A DNA stretch of 64,000 nt from Octopus sinensis. Its lineage: Eukaryota. Positions 13,791-25,233 of this stretch are shown here, one piece after another. The position numbers and the translations under genes were made by a program. The notes under the pieces are model-generated. The model worked only from the letters and a program-made list of their open reading frames with translations. It was not told the DNA's origin and did not search any database. Position 1 is the stretch's first letter; each line of letters opens with the position of its first letter. The stretch spans positions 2,480,001-2,544,000 of the forward strand of contig NC_043026.1 of assembly GCF_006345805.1 (NCBI RefSeq), given 5' to 3'.

Positions 13791-14519
13791 ATATATATAT
13801 ATATAGGATATAGGAAAAAGCTCTTTCTCAAGTCACTTAACTCATAAGGGCCGGTTTCCTGAATTCCTTAGTGCATATATTCCCCCACTGGAAAGGACAC
13901 TGGTCGGTCACAATCTTAATTTGCCAGCTGAATAGACTGGAACAATATGAAAGGAAGTGTCTTGCTCAAGAGCGCAATGCATTGCTTGACCTTGGAATTG
14001 GAACCACAATCTAATGATCACGAGTCCAACAAACTAACCATTAAACCACATGCCTCAAGGTTCCCATGCCAAGTCTTAATCAGTAAGCTCACTTCAGGGA
14101 AGCAAAAGACCATGGGCTTGCCCTCCTTGAAGATACAAGGACCAACTCAAAGCAACCCTGAAAGCCACTGGAATTGAACCTAAATCATTTGAAACACAAG
14201 CCTGAGACCATACCAAGTGGCGGTGTTTCATCACCATTGGAACCACAAACTTCAAAGCCACCAGAAGAGAAAAAGAAGAAATCAAAGGACAGGAGAGAAA
14301 GGCTCGAAAAAAACATCAACCTCATCCTCCATCAACATTGCCATGCAGTCAAAGCCATCGATTCTTCTAAGCAAGAATTGGTTGACTGAGTCATCAATGG
14401 CATCACCATAAAAGGAAGCGTTCAGAAAAGAAGAAAATAATTCTCAGATACAAGATAAAGCCACCACGGTCAATTACATATATATACACACACACAAATA
14501 TATATATATATATATGAAG

Positions 14520-14805
14520 TGTTTAATGCCACCTAAACATGGCTGTGCCTTAGGAACTGACGTTACTGTTTACTTTTCTATATATTGTGAGCTATATTTA
14601 GCAGACGAGTATGAGCAAGGATGACCATAAGGAGGTTGAAACCATACAGTTTGATGGTCTTGAAGCTAGGATAGTAGAGAGTTCTCTCCCTGTTTTCAAT
14701 ATAAATCGAGTGCAGAGTGCAGTGTGTAACCAGCTGGAGGAGGGGTTCAAATGGCAGTATCATCAGTTCCTAAGGAACAGCCGTGTTTAGGGGGCATTAA
14801 ACACG
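14520..14805. mobile_element. Small inverted pLTR-like element, structurally related to the 21730 and 35650 families
   Basis: 14520-14568 is inverted relative to 14755-14804. Carries the CCAGCUGG...GGGGUU...CAGUA motif and a hammerhead remnant with a deleted 5' core (gaccat...GAAAC...atggtc). Confidence 0.6.
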
Positions 14806-15061
14806 ACTCATCAGTGTAAAAACTGCTTTTGTATCTTACAGAGATTTTCTTAAGAAGCTAGTTTGCTTTTTTGTGTATATATGTATATACATGTATGTAT
14901 GTATGTATGTATACATATATATATGTATGTGTGTGTGTGTGTATGTAGGCATGCATGTATGTATTATGTATGTGTGTGTGTGTGTGTGTGTATACATACA
15001 TACATACATGCATGCATACATATGTATCTTATTTTTTAACATATATATATGCATACATATA

Positions 15062-15105
<44 letters not shown>

Positions 15106-15132
15106 ATAATATGTTACATTACTCGGTAGTCA

Positions 15133-15195
15133 AGATAAAACTTTGAGTTTCAGATGCCGAAGTGGAAATCCACAACACCATCTCTTCGGTTATCT
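15133..15195 (-). ncRNA. Hammerhead-like motif in the inverted 5' pLTR, CCGAAGA core
   Basis: Reverse-complement copy of 17292-17354. Confidence 0.7.
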
Positions 15196-17291
15196 GGCTA
15201 TTTGAAAACGCTATGAAAAAATACCGTTAAATAATTAAATAATTAATCCCAGGATTAAAGGCTTGGAAGATTTCGAAGCGGACCTGCTGAAAATTATGAG
15301 CAAAATAAAATTTCGTAAGTCTTTTAACGATTTCCAACATAAATTGAAAAAAGATATTAAACATAGAAAAAGCTCCAAGAAAAAAGCACTTTTTTGGATA
15401 AAACCAAGAACTTATACCAGGTAGATAACAGCAAATACACACAACTCTTACACAACAGCATCATTAATCATTAATAATTATACTAAGGCTAGGGCACAGA
15501 TATATAACGAAATTAATAATGAAGCTAGCGTCATCGCCGCTAAACTTAAATTAGATGAAAAAAATAGAAGCCCTCCCCCAAAAAGAGGCCTTTATTACTA
15601 TTAAAGATCACAAAGAAAACTTCCTTTCCAACCCTAAATGTAGGCTTATCAACCCAGCCAAGTCAGAACTAGGGATTATTAGCAAAGAAATTTTAGATAA
15701 AATAAATGCGAAAATTAAGAACGCTACTAGGCTAGTACAATGGTCCAATAGTATAGAAGTCGTAGACTGGTTTAAAGCTATTAAGAATAAGAAAAAAGCG
15801 AGGTTTACACAATTCGATATTGTTGATTTTTATGCCTCTATCTCTAAAGAACTGCTAGATAAAGCCCTCATCTTCGCTAGCGACTTCATAGAAATTAGTA
15901 CCAATGATAAGGACATAATCTACCATGCTATAAAGATATTACTTTTCAGTAAGAACGCAAAGTGGGTAAAAAACACCGACACAGAGGGCGCTTTCGATGT
16001 GAGCATGGGTTCATATGATGGGGCAGGCATCTGTGATCTAATTGGACTTTTTCTCCTAGATACCTTAGGTAAGACATTCCCTAACGTACATTTCGCCATC
16101 TACAAAGATGATGCCCTCGGACTTAGTATAACTATAGATACTAACCTGACAGTTGTCAATTTCTTAGACGTTTCCTTAGATCTTAATAAGAATATTTATA
16201 AGCCTTATAGGAAGCCCAATGATAGACTTAGTTATATTAATGTAGGTTCATGCCATCCCCCTATAGTATTCAAAAATTTAGTTAAAAATATTAGTAAGAG
16301 GATTTCTAGCCTCTCCTCTGATGAGGACATCTTCAATAGCATTGCCCAAGTTTATTATAAGGCTTTAAAAGATAGAGGTCTTAGCGAAAAAATAAAATAT
16401 ACACCTATCACCAGCCCAACAATAAGGAAAAGGAATAATAGAAATAGGAAGGTCATCTGGTTTACGCCCCCTTACTCACCCGAGGTGGCCTTCAATATAG
16501 GTAAATATTTCCTAGCACTGATAGATAGACATTTTCCAGTTAACCATGCTTATAGGAAACTCTTCAATAGACACAATTTAAAAACCAATTTTAAAAACAT
16601 AATCAAACATAACATACAAAAAACACAACAAGAAAACAGCTGTTCATGCAGGAATAAAGAATTGTGCCTGCTAAATGGAGCTTGCATGTCCAAGACCATC
16701 ATATATGAAGCTACCGTAAACTCTATAATGACTAAAGACACCGTTTCGACGAAGAAATACGTGGGCCTTACAGAGGGTAATTTCAAGGCCAGGTTCAATA
16801 ACCACACTTTGAGCTTTAGGCACTGGAACAAAAGAAAAGCGACACAATTATCTAATCATATTTGGTCTTTAAGAGATAAAGGTGTCGATTATAACATACA
16901 ATGGAAGATTTTGGCCAGATGTAAGCCCTATACTAACGGCAGCGGAAGGTGCGGTCTATGCGACATGGAGAGATGGCTTATCTGGAAAAGCAGCTTAGAC
17001 CCTACTACATGTCTAAATACAAGGACAGAGCTTTTCGGATCATGCCCACATGTGACTAAATTTCTGTTACGTTTTTGGTCCCCTAAAGAAAACAGATAGA
17101 ACATGCTTTTTATGTTATGTCCCAAGAAGAATTTATATATTTTTATATATTTTTATATATTTTTTATGTATTTTTATATAATTTTTATGACGAAAAATGC
17201 GAGCAATGTATAAGTACGCAGGCAAGCAGAGTTATAACAGAGTAATTTCCCTTTATTTAACGGTATTTTTTCATAGCGTTTTCAAATAGCC

Positions 17292-17354
17292 AGATAACCG
17301 AAGAGATGGTGTTGTGGATTTCCACTTCGGCATCTGAAACTCAGAGTTTTATCT
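17292..17354 (+). ncRNA. Type I hammerhead-like motif in the PLE 3' pLTR, CCGAAGA core
   Basis: agauaa CCGAAGA gaug...cauc u GAAAC ucaga GUU uuaucu. Stem I agauaa/uuaucu. Confidence 0.72.
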
Positions 17355-17681
17355 TGACTACCGAGTAATGTAACATATTATTGTATAGATAAATTTCCTC
17401 TATTTACATAATATTGAGGTCTCTTTCTTTCTTTTGTTATCTTACCGTTTTACCAATATATATATATATATGTATATATATATATGTAATATACATATGC
17501 ACATATACACACATACATTATTACATCTATACATGCATACACACACACAAACACACATATACAAACACATACACATATATATGCATGTATATATATATAT
17601 AATATATATATATATATATAATATATATATATATATAATATACATACATATACACACACATATCTATGTATGTATATACAT

Positions 17682-17736
<55 letters not shown>

Positions 17737-17971
17737 AACATACATACAGATATAAACACAAGTGGAAAGAAATTCGAGAAGAGTGTAACAGCAGGTGGTT
17801 CTCAGAGGAGAAACCCCTTTAGGCAAGTGTTTCAGCCCTTAACTTCTGACACTCTAGTGGGGTCAGGCCACATCCGAGTCATGACTCCCGGATGTCCACC
17901 TGCTGTCCGTTTTAGTACACCTTTGGTGCAACTGGTTCCTCTGGTTTCTACCACTGCTATACTCTCTCTTT

Positions 17972-18191
17972 CTCTTTTACTCTTTTACTTGTTTCAGTCA
18001 TTTGACTGCGGCCATGCTGGAGCAGCGCCTTTAATCGAGCAACTCGACCCCGGGACTTATTCTTTTGTAAGCCCAGTACTTATTCTTTCGGTCTCTTTTG
18101 CCGAACCGCTAAGTGACGGGGGACATAAACACACCAGCATCGGTTGTCAAGCAATGCTATGGGGACAAACACAGACACACAAACACACACA

Positions 18192-18229
<38 letters not shown>

Positions 18230-18396
18230 CATACGACGGGCTTCTTTCAGTTCCCGTCTACCAAATCCACTCACAAGGCTTTGGTTGGCCCAAGGCTATA
18301 GCAGAAGACACTTGCCCAAGGTGCCACGCAGTGGGACTGAACCCGGAACCGTGTGGTTTGTAGACAGGCTACTTACCACACAGCCACTCCTGCGCC
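17972..18396 (-). mobile_element. SINE family 1, full length
   Basis: Starts ggcgcaggagtggctgtgtgg on the minus strand. Confidence 0.9.
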
Positions 18397-18427
18397 TACT
18401 GCTATGTATACTGTAACCACGCACACA

Positions 18428-18482
<55 letters not shown>

Positions 18483-19214
18483 ATTTTGCACGAAAAATAT
18501 TCCTTGTATTTTAAAACACACAATCAAGTTATTTTGCACATTTCTCACAGCCGGCTGCAGTATGTGTGGTATGCCTGATTAATATATATAGGACACCAGC
18601 ACCCACTCACTTTCATACATAAGCACACATACTCAATGGGTGTATATTGAGTGAGAGCTAGCAGTGTGTTGTATACATGTTGCTATTTATGCTGCATGCT
18701 TCTATACACTGCTCACATACACAGGATACTCTCACTTAAACATCAGCCATGCAAAATATTTCTGCTACTGTTTTGCTAGTTTTACGTTTGTGCAATGGTT
18801 TTCTAAGTGTGTGTGTGGGTGTGTGTTTGTGCACATGTGTGCGCAATATAAATATATATAACACAAAGTAAGATAGGGGTTATGGGTGCAACCCACTAAG
18901 GGATAGGATTTATCCAATATACTGTTTGTAAAGTACCCAGATTCTTAATACATAAATGTTTTTTTAATTGCAATGCAATTAACTCATTTATTGTATTAAA
19001 CAGGTGAAGGTAAAGAAATATTTTCACTGTAAATTTATAATACAAATAAGAAAATGCTTTTTATCATTTGTATTCTTATGTTATATGTATTGAATTATAA
19101 GGTATATATATTTGCTATTAAGGTTCTCATTTTGCTAAATGAATAAATAATCCAACATTCTAATATCCAAAAGTTGATGAACAAACTAAATTTGTTGCTC
19201 CATTTTCTTATTTG

Positions 19215-19250
<36 letters not shown>

Positions 19251-19339
19251 AGGAAGTTTACGTAAAAAACAAAAGATGAAGACAGGTGGTGTACAAAACA
19301 AACAGATGTATTAGTATAATGCTCAGGAATAGAAAAAGT

Positions 19340-19375
19340 CTTTTACGTTTCGAGCCTATGCTCTTCTACAGAAAG
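19340..19375 (-). ncRNA. Minimal hammerhead-like motif with a mutated core position (CUGUAGA)
   Basis: cuuu CUGUAGA a gagc auag gcuc GAAA cg UA aaag, the minimal PLE-type layout. Confidence 0.6.
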
Positions 19376-19589
19376 GGACACAGAAAAAACAAGGAGAGAA
19401 AAAAATGTGTGTAGTGGCTAACAATCTATACATATATATATGTGTGTGTGTCTGTGTGTGTGTGTGTAAGTGTGTGTAAGTGTTTTATCTTATATTTAAT
19501 CTTTCTATAATATTCAATTTTTCTATAATATATAATTTAATTTTTCATTATTGAATTGATAAAAGGTGTTTTTTTTAAATTTATATATA

Positions 19590-19690
19590 TATTATATTTT
19601 GTGGAATTTGATTTAGTATTTCTAAATTGAATTTTTCCCTGTAAGTTTGGAATAATATTCCCTCATATTAATATTATTATTATTATATAC

Positions 19691-19733
<43 letters not shown>

Positions 19734-19831
19734 CATACTGCGATATGAACATTTAACGTGGTTTTATAGTCAGAATTTCGACTGCTATTTCGGCATGTTG
19801 GTGTCTTTTAGACACCCTCATTTTTAATTGT

Positions 19832-19866
<35 letters not shown>

Positions 19867-21360
19867 GATTACACATGTACATATACATACATGGTATTCT
19901 ATATAAGGCTGACAAGGTGATGTAGGTTGTTTAACCCTCAGCAAAGAAGTAATGGGTTACTGATAAACAATGATTAAATCTGAAATCAGTGCTGATATGA
20001 CTCCATCTCCCTTGTCGGCCATTAGTAAAGTGCTCTCACGTGGCTAAGAGATGTTTTCACTCTTATTTCTAGCAATGCTGGTGCTTACTAGCACCCTACA
20101 TCACTTTAATAACAACTATACTTGTATGTGTGTGTGTATATATATATATACTCTTTTTATTCTTTTACTTGTTTCATCCACTTAACTGTGGCTATGCTGG
20201 AGCACCGCCTTTAGTCAAGCAAATCGACTCCAGGACTTATTCTTTGTAAGCCTAGTACTTATTCTATCAGTCTCTTTTGCCAAACTACTAAGTTACAGGG
20301 ACGTAAACACACCAACACACCAGCATCAGTTGTCAAGCGATGTGAGGGGGACAAACACAGACATACAAACATATACACACACATTAAATATATATATATA
20401 TACATATATATACGATGGGCTTCTTTCAGTTTCCATCTACCAAATCCACTCACAATGCTTTGGTAGGCCTGAGGCTATTGTAGAAGACACTTGCCCAAGT
20501 TGCCACGCAGTGGGACTGAACCTGGAACCATGTGGTTGGTAAGCAAACTACTTATCACACAGCCGCTCCTACGCCTATATATATATATATATATATATAT
20601 ATACCAGCGATGTGTAGCAACATCTGATAGCCTGGTCAGTCACGGTGTTATATTATATATATATTATATTAAAATTATATTAAAATTATATTAAAATTTA
20701 TATATATATATATATTATATTTTGTGGAATTTGATTTAGTATTTCTAAATTGAATTTTTCCCTGTAAGTTTGGAATAATATTCCCTCATATTAATATTAT
20801 TATTATTATATACATATATATATATACATATATATATATATATGATTACACATGTACATATACATACATGGTATTCTATATAGGCTGACAAGGTGATGTA
20901 GGTTGTTTAACCTCAGCAAAGAAGTAATGGGTTACTGATGAAGAATGATTAAATCTGAAATCAGTGCTGATATGACTCCATCTCCCTTGTCGGCCATTAG
21001 TAAAGTGCTCTCACGTGGCTAAGAGATGTTTTCACTCTTATTTCTAGCAATGCTGGTGCTTACTAGCACCCTACATCACTTTAATAACAACTATACTTGT
21101 ATGTGTGTGTGTATATATATATAATCTTTTTATTCTTTTACTTGTTTCATCCACTTAACTGTGGCCATGCTGGAGCACCGCCTTTAGTCAAGCAAATCGA
21201 CTCCAGGACTTATTCTTTGTACACCTAGTACTTATTTTATCAGTCTCTTTTGCCAAACTGCTAAGTTACAGGGACGTAAACACACCAACACACCAGTATC
21301 AGTTGTCAAGCGATGTAGTGGGGACAAACACAGACACACAAACATATACACACACATTAA

Positions 21361-21391
<31 letters not shown>

Positions 21392-21556
21392 TATACGATG
21401 GGCTTCTTTCAGTTTCCATCTACCAAATCCACTCACAATGCTTTGGTAGGCCTGAGGCTATTGTAGAAGACACTTGCCCAAGTTGCCACGCAGTGGGACT
21501 GAACCCGGAACCATGTGGTTGGTAAGCAAGCTACTTATCACACAGCCACTCCTACG

Positions 21557-21597
<41 letters not shown>

Positions 21598-21682
21598 GTA
21601 TGTATATATATATAATATATATATATTATATATATATACCAGCGATGTGTAGCAACATCTGATAGCCTGGTCAGTCACGGTG

Positions 21683-21690
<8 letters not shown>
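19590..21690. repeat. Tandem duplication of about 1 kb (19590-20660 and 20713-21690); each unit holds a structured element and a SINE
   Basis: The same blocks occur in the same order with scattered substitutions. Confidence 0.9.
20929..20978 (+). ncRNA. Type I hammerhead ribozyme motif, canonical core (degenerate duplicate at 19954-20003)
   Basis: ggguua CUGAUGA aga...ucu GAAA ucag ug cuga UA ugacuc. 6-bp stem I with G-U pairs and an extended stem III. Confidence 0.78.
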
Positions 21691-21727
<37 letters not shown>

Positions 21728-21729
21728 CA

Positions 21730-22293
21730 ATAAAAAATCTCTGAACGAGATGTAAACAGTAACTGCACGACAGTGTGAGGTATACTAGCCATCTCAATAT
21801 GGCTAACCACTAAGGGTCGGTGTTACTGTAGCTTTTAGCCCCAGGAGAACATCGTCTCCAGCTGGCTTTAGGCACACTTTCTGTGCCCTTATGGTATTTG
21901 CAAAGGGAACTCATCCCTCTCTCGTAAACCTAAGTGATACACAAGGACTGCAGTTTCTAGGTATTTGCCTGTCTTCGGCATACGGCAATCACCGGTTTTC
22001 GATGAAGGGAGTCCATTTGCAAATCCTTATATATCGTTTTTCCAGTAACTTTTCGTCACTGATTTCAAAAACCGGTGATTGCCGTACGTTGACAAGAGGC
22101 AAATACCCAGAAACTGCAGTCCATGCGTATCACTTAGGTTGACGAGGGAAGGATGACCTCCCTTTGCAAATACCATAAGGGCACAGAAAGTGTGCCAAAA
22201 GCCAGCCAGAGACGATGATCTCCTGGGGCTAAAAGCTACAGTAACACCCACCCTTAGTGGTTAGCCATATTGAGATGGCAAGTATACCTTACA
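21730..22293. mobile_element. Inverted pair of PLE-type pseudo-LTRs carrying hammerheads (non-coding)
   Basis: Arms 21774-21999 and 22067-22293 are diverged reverse complements, with a hammerhead motif in each arm and (TA)n flanks. Confidence 0.8.
21934..21992 (-). ncRNA. Type I hammerhead-like motif, CCGAAGA core (decayed mirror copy at 22075-22133, +)
   Basis: gugau..cguaug CCGAAGA c agg caaaua ccu a GAAAC ugca GUC cuugugu aucac. Palindromic ACUGCAGU stem III. Confidence 0.72.
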
Positions 22294-22509
22294 TTATATA
22301 TATATACTTGTATGTATATATATATATAAATATCTATGCCAGCAGGAAGGCAGACATTAAACGATGATGATGATGATGATGATATGTATATGAAACATGA
22401 GAGAAAGAAGTTATTATTCGCTACAATTGCTACCAGCCCCTTGGTGGGCTAGATGTTATATAAACAGTTATTGTGCATCGAAGGTGCAGATGTGATCTTA
22501 TCAAGTTAC

Positions 22510-22663
22510 CTGTCAAAAGGTTCTCCATTCTGAAGTTTGTCTTTCACTTGTTCCCATGGCAACACATTTTGGTAATTGTAGTGCATTTCTTTCTCTCCTC
22601 TTTTATAAACTCTATGCACCCAAAGGAAGTTCTGAAGAAAATTCCCTGGCCCATATCTCCATA
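22510..22663 (-). CDS. Unassigned candidate exon inside the last PTER intron
   Basis: ttaacag|...AG|gtaact. One frame is open throughout: WRYGPGNFLQNFLWVHRVYKRGEKEMHYNYQNVLPWEQVKDKLQNGEPFD. Unique, protein-like sequence with no similarity to PTER that I recognise. Confidence 0.35.
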
Positions 22664-23241
22664 CTGTTAATGACATCAGGTAGCTGAATGCTCTGAACAA
22701 GCATTAAATGGCTCGATATAAGGTGTACACCCAAATTTAAAATTATTACTTCTATATATATATATATATAGATATATATATATTATTTATATATATATAT
22801 TATATATATATATATAATATATATATTATTTATATATATATATTTCTTATTACCCACAAGGAGCTAAACACGGAGGGTACAAACAAGGACAGACAAATGA
22901 ATTAAGTCAATTACATCGACCCCAGTGTGTAACTGGTACTTAATTAATCTATCCCGAAAGGATGAAGGTCGACTTTGGCAGAATTTGAACTCAGAACGTA
23001 ACGGCAAATGCATTTCGCCTGGAGTGCTAAAGGTTCTGCCAGCTCGCCACCCCTATATTACTTCTATATATTTTTTATTGTTGCAAGTCTGTCTGTGTGG
23101 TACAAAGCTTACTTCCCAACTACGTTGTTCCGGGGTTCAGCCCCGCTGCATGATACCTTGGGCAAGCATCTTCTACCATAGAGTCAGGCCAACCCAAACC
23201 TTGTCAGTGGATCTGATAGTCAGAAACTGAAAGAAGCCTAT

Positions 23242-23336
<95 letters not shown>

Positions 23337-23634
23337 AAAATGAATAAAAGAATGGAGTCGAACGAGGATTTTAACACAATTCCTTTAATTTCAACACATG
23401 TTTCGAAGACTCCATATTCTTAATTCTGAAGGAATAAAGTGCATTATGCCGTCTTCTCATTATTCATTTTAAATATTACACAAATTACCACACAAGAACA
23501 CGGAGTTTCTACCCTTGGCATGTAGCTTCAACCGTGTTTTCTGACGTGAATTTGCTACCCAGGTATCGGTTAACCGAATTATCAATACTAGGATAATTCA
23601 TTCACCTACTTATATATATATATATATATACACA

Positions 23635-23805
23635 CAAAAATGAGCAACAAGAATGGCTCCGGTAGTTTGGTACAATTGTTTCACACTACAACATTTTATT
23701 AAAAGTTGTAATAAATCTGCTGTAATACTTACAACTTTTAATAAAATGTTGTAGTGTGAAACAATTGTACCAAACTACCGGATTCATTCTTGTTGCTCAT
23801 TTTTG
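23635..23805. repeat. Short fold-back with 77-bp arms containing the 3' half of a hammerhead (GAAAC AAUU GUA)
   Basis: 23635-23711 versus 23729-23805, 17-nt spacer, next to (TA)n. Confidence 0.8.
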
Positions 23806-23904
23806 ATTATAATCACCCCACAAATTTTTATGGATAATACCATACAAAATTCTGGTGCATCTAAAGTAATTACCATATTCATTTGAATCTAAATTGTTGC
23901 TGAA

Positions 23905-23983
<79 letters not shown>

Positions 23984-24099
23984 TTGAGTACAGAAATTCG
24001 GGGTGAGTACTTGATAAATGTAAGCACCTGTATATACCGTTAGGTGGTGTAGGTGGTGGAGTAAATTGATCAAAATAAAAACATGATGCCAAGGATTCA

Positions 24100-24175
24100 G
24101 CGGTACATATGTTTCGGGCCTTATTAGACAGATTTATAACAATGCATAAGTATGTCTGTGGCCTTCTTCAGCCGC
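24100..24175 (-). ncRNA. Type I hammerhead ribozyme motif (mirror copy, same sense as the PTER pre-mRNA)
   Basis: Reverse complement of 24578-24655 with the core intact. Confidence 0.85.
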
Positions 24176-24577
24176 GCACAACAACTTCTTCCACAAGGAC
24201 ATGTGTTACATCAAGAATTCTTGGTTGGGGATGCAAATCCTCTCATTCGCGTACGACATAATGCGGCAACAGCATAGAAGTGAAGCGTCCATCTCGTTCT
24301 TCTCTCAATGTAGAATGAGGAAATTTGGATGTTGAAGTAATGTAAATAAATTAATAAATAAATTTATTTACATTAATTTATTAATTTATTTACATAAATT
24401 AATTTATTTACATTACTTCAACATCCAAATTTCCTCATTCTACATTGAGAGAAGAACGAGATGGACGCTTCACTTCTATGCTGTTGCCGCATTATGTCGT
24501 ACGCGAATGAGAGGATTTGCATCCCCAACCAAGAATTCTTGATGTAACACATGTCCTTGTGGAAGAAGTTGTTGTGC

Positions 24578-24655
24578 GCGGCTGAAGAAGGCCACAGACA
24601 TACATTATGCATTGTTATAAATCTGTCTAATAAAGGCCCGAAACATATGTACCGC
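24578..24655 (+). ncRNA. Type I hammerhead ribozyme motif, canonical core
   Basis: gcgg CUGAAGA a-ggcc-acaga...ucugu..ggcc-c GAAAC auau GUA ccgc. Stem I gcgg/ccgc, palindromic minimal stem III, predicted cleavage after 24651. Confidence 0.85.
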
Positions 24656-24691
24656 TGAATCCTTGGCATCATGTTTTTATTTTGATCAATT

Positions 24692-24724
<33 letters not shown>

Positions 24725-25146
24725 GAGTGTATTTTACCTTGTTAACAATTAACACGGATAAATAAATGAATAGTTACCAGGGCAGCAAAAATCTCACATA
24801 TGACAAAGGCAAGAAATTCTGTCTTCTCTGCAATTCTGAGCTATTTTTCATTATTTTTTCTAAAAATACTCTAGTAAACACGGTTATAGAACGAGCATAC
24901 AGATGTAAGCATTGGCAGAAACATACTTTTAGTGCATATAAGTAGTCTCTATCATTATATATAGTTTAGACTTTAATTTCCTTTATATTTAACATTCACT
25001 ATTAATATCCCTACTCTTTCTGTTAGCTACTTATGACGTTATATCATATAACGTTTTTTTAAACAATATTAATAGCGTTCTGTCTATCGCTATACGAATC
25101 CATCATTTTTTGCTAAAATGTCTTATTGATGAGTTTCGTTTTTTTC

Positions 25147-25233
25147 ACTTTCCCGAAGAGAAGATTGCATTGTTTATATCTTTTGCTCTTTTGAATAAGT
25201 ATCAGTGGAATTTTTGAAACATATGTAGAAAGT
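25147..25233 (+). ncRNA. Type I hammerhead-like motif, CCGAAGA core
   Basis: acuuuc CCGAAGA gaagauu...aauuuuu GAAAC auau GUA gaaagu. Perfect 6-bp stem I. Confidence 0.72.

Larger units (their letters stand above)
15103..17455 (+). mobile_element. Penelope-like retroelement (RT plus C-terminal GIY-YIG endonuclease), 5'-truncated, with inverted pseudo-LTR; defective copy
   Basis: ORF 15555-17099 has RT motifs FDIVDFY, MGSYDGA..CDL, YKDD and FLDV, and GIY-YIG IIYEATV..YVGLTE..FK.R..NH with C-terminal CGLC. About 132-bp inverted repeats at 15103-15234 and 17253-17384, flanked by (TA)n. The upstream part is frameshifted and there is an apparent deletion after YKDD. Resembles Hydra-type PLEs (tentative). 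Confidence 0.93.
24062..24693. repeat. Near-perfect palindrome of about 630 bp (inverted pLTR pair) with a hammerhead in each arm
   Basis: 24062-24345 is almost exactly the reverse complement of 24408-24693. The centre is AT-rich and scrambled. Confidence 0.92.

Noticed and set aside
14174-14389. Lys-rich 71-aa ORF
   Set aside because: No recognisable domain or convincing splice sites.
15555-17099. Intact, active retrotransposon ORF or selenoprotein-type PLE
   Set aside because: The N-terminus is frameshifted and the RT appears deleted after YKDD. No conserved in-frame TGA or SECIS was seen, and the endonuclease is C-terminal.
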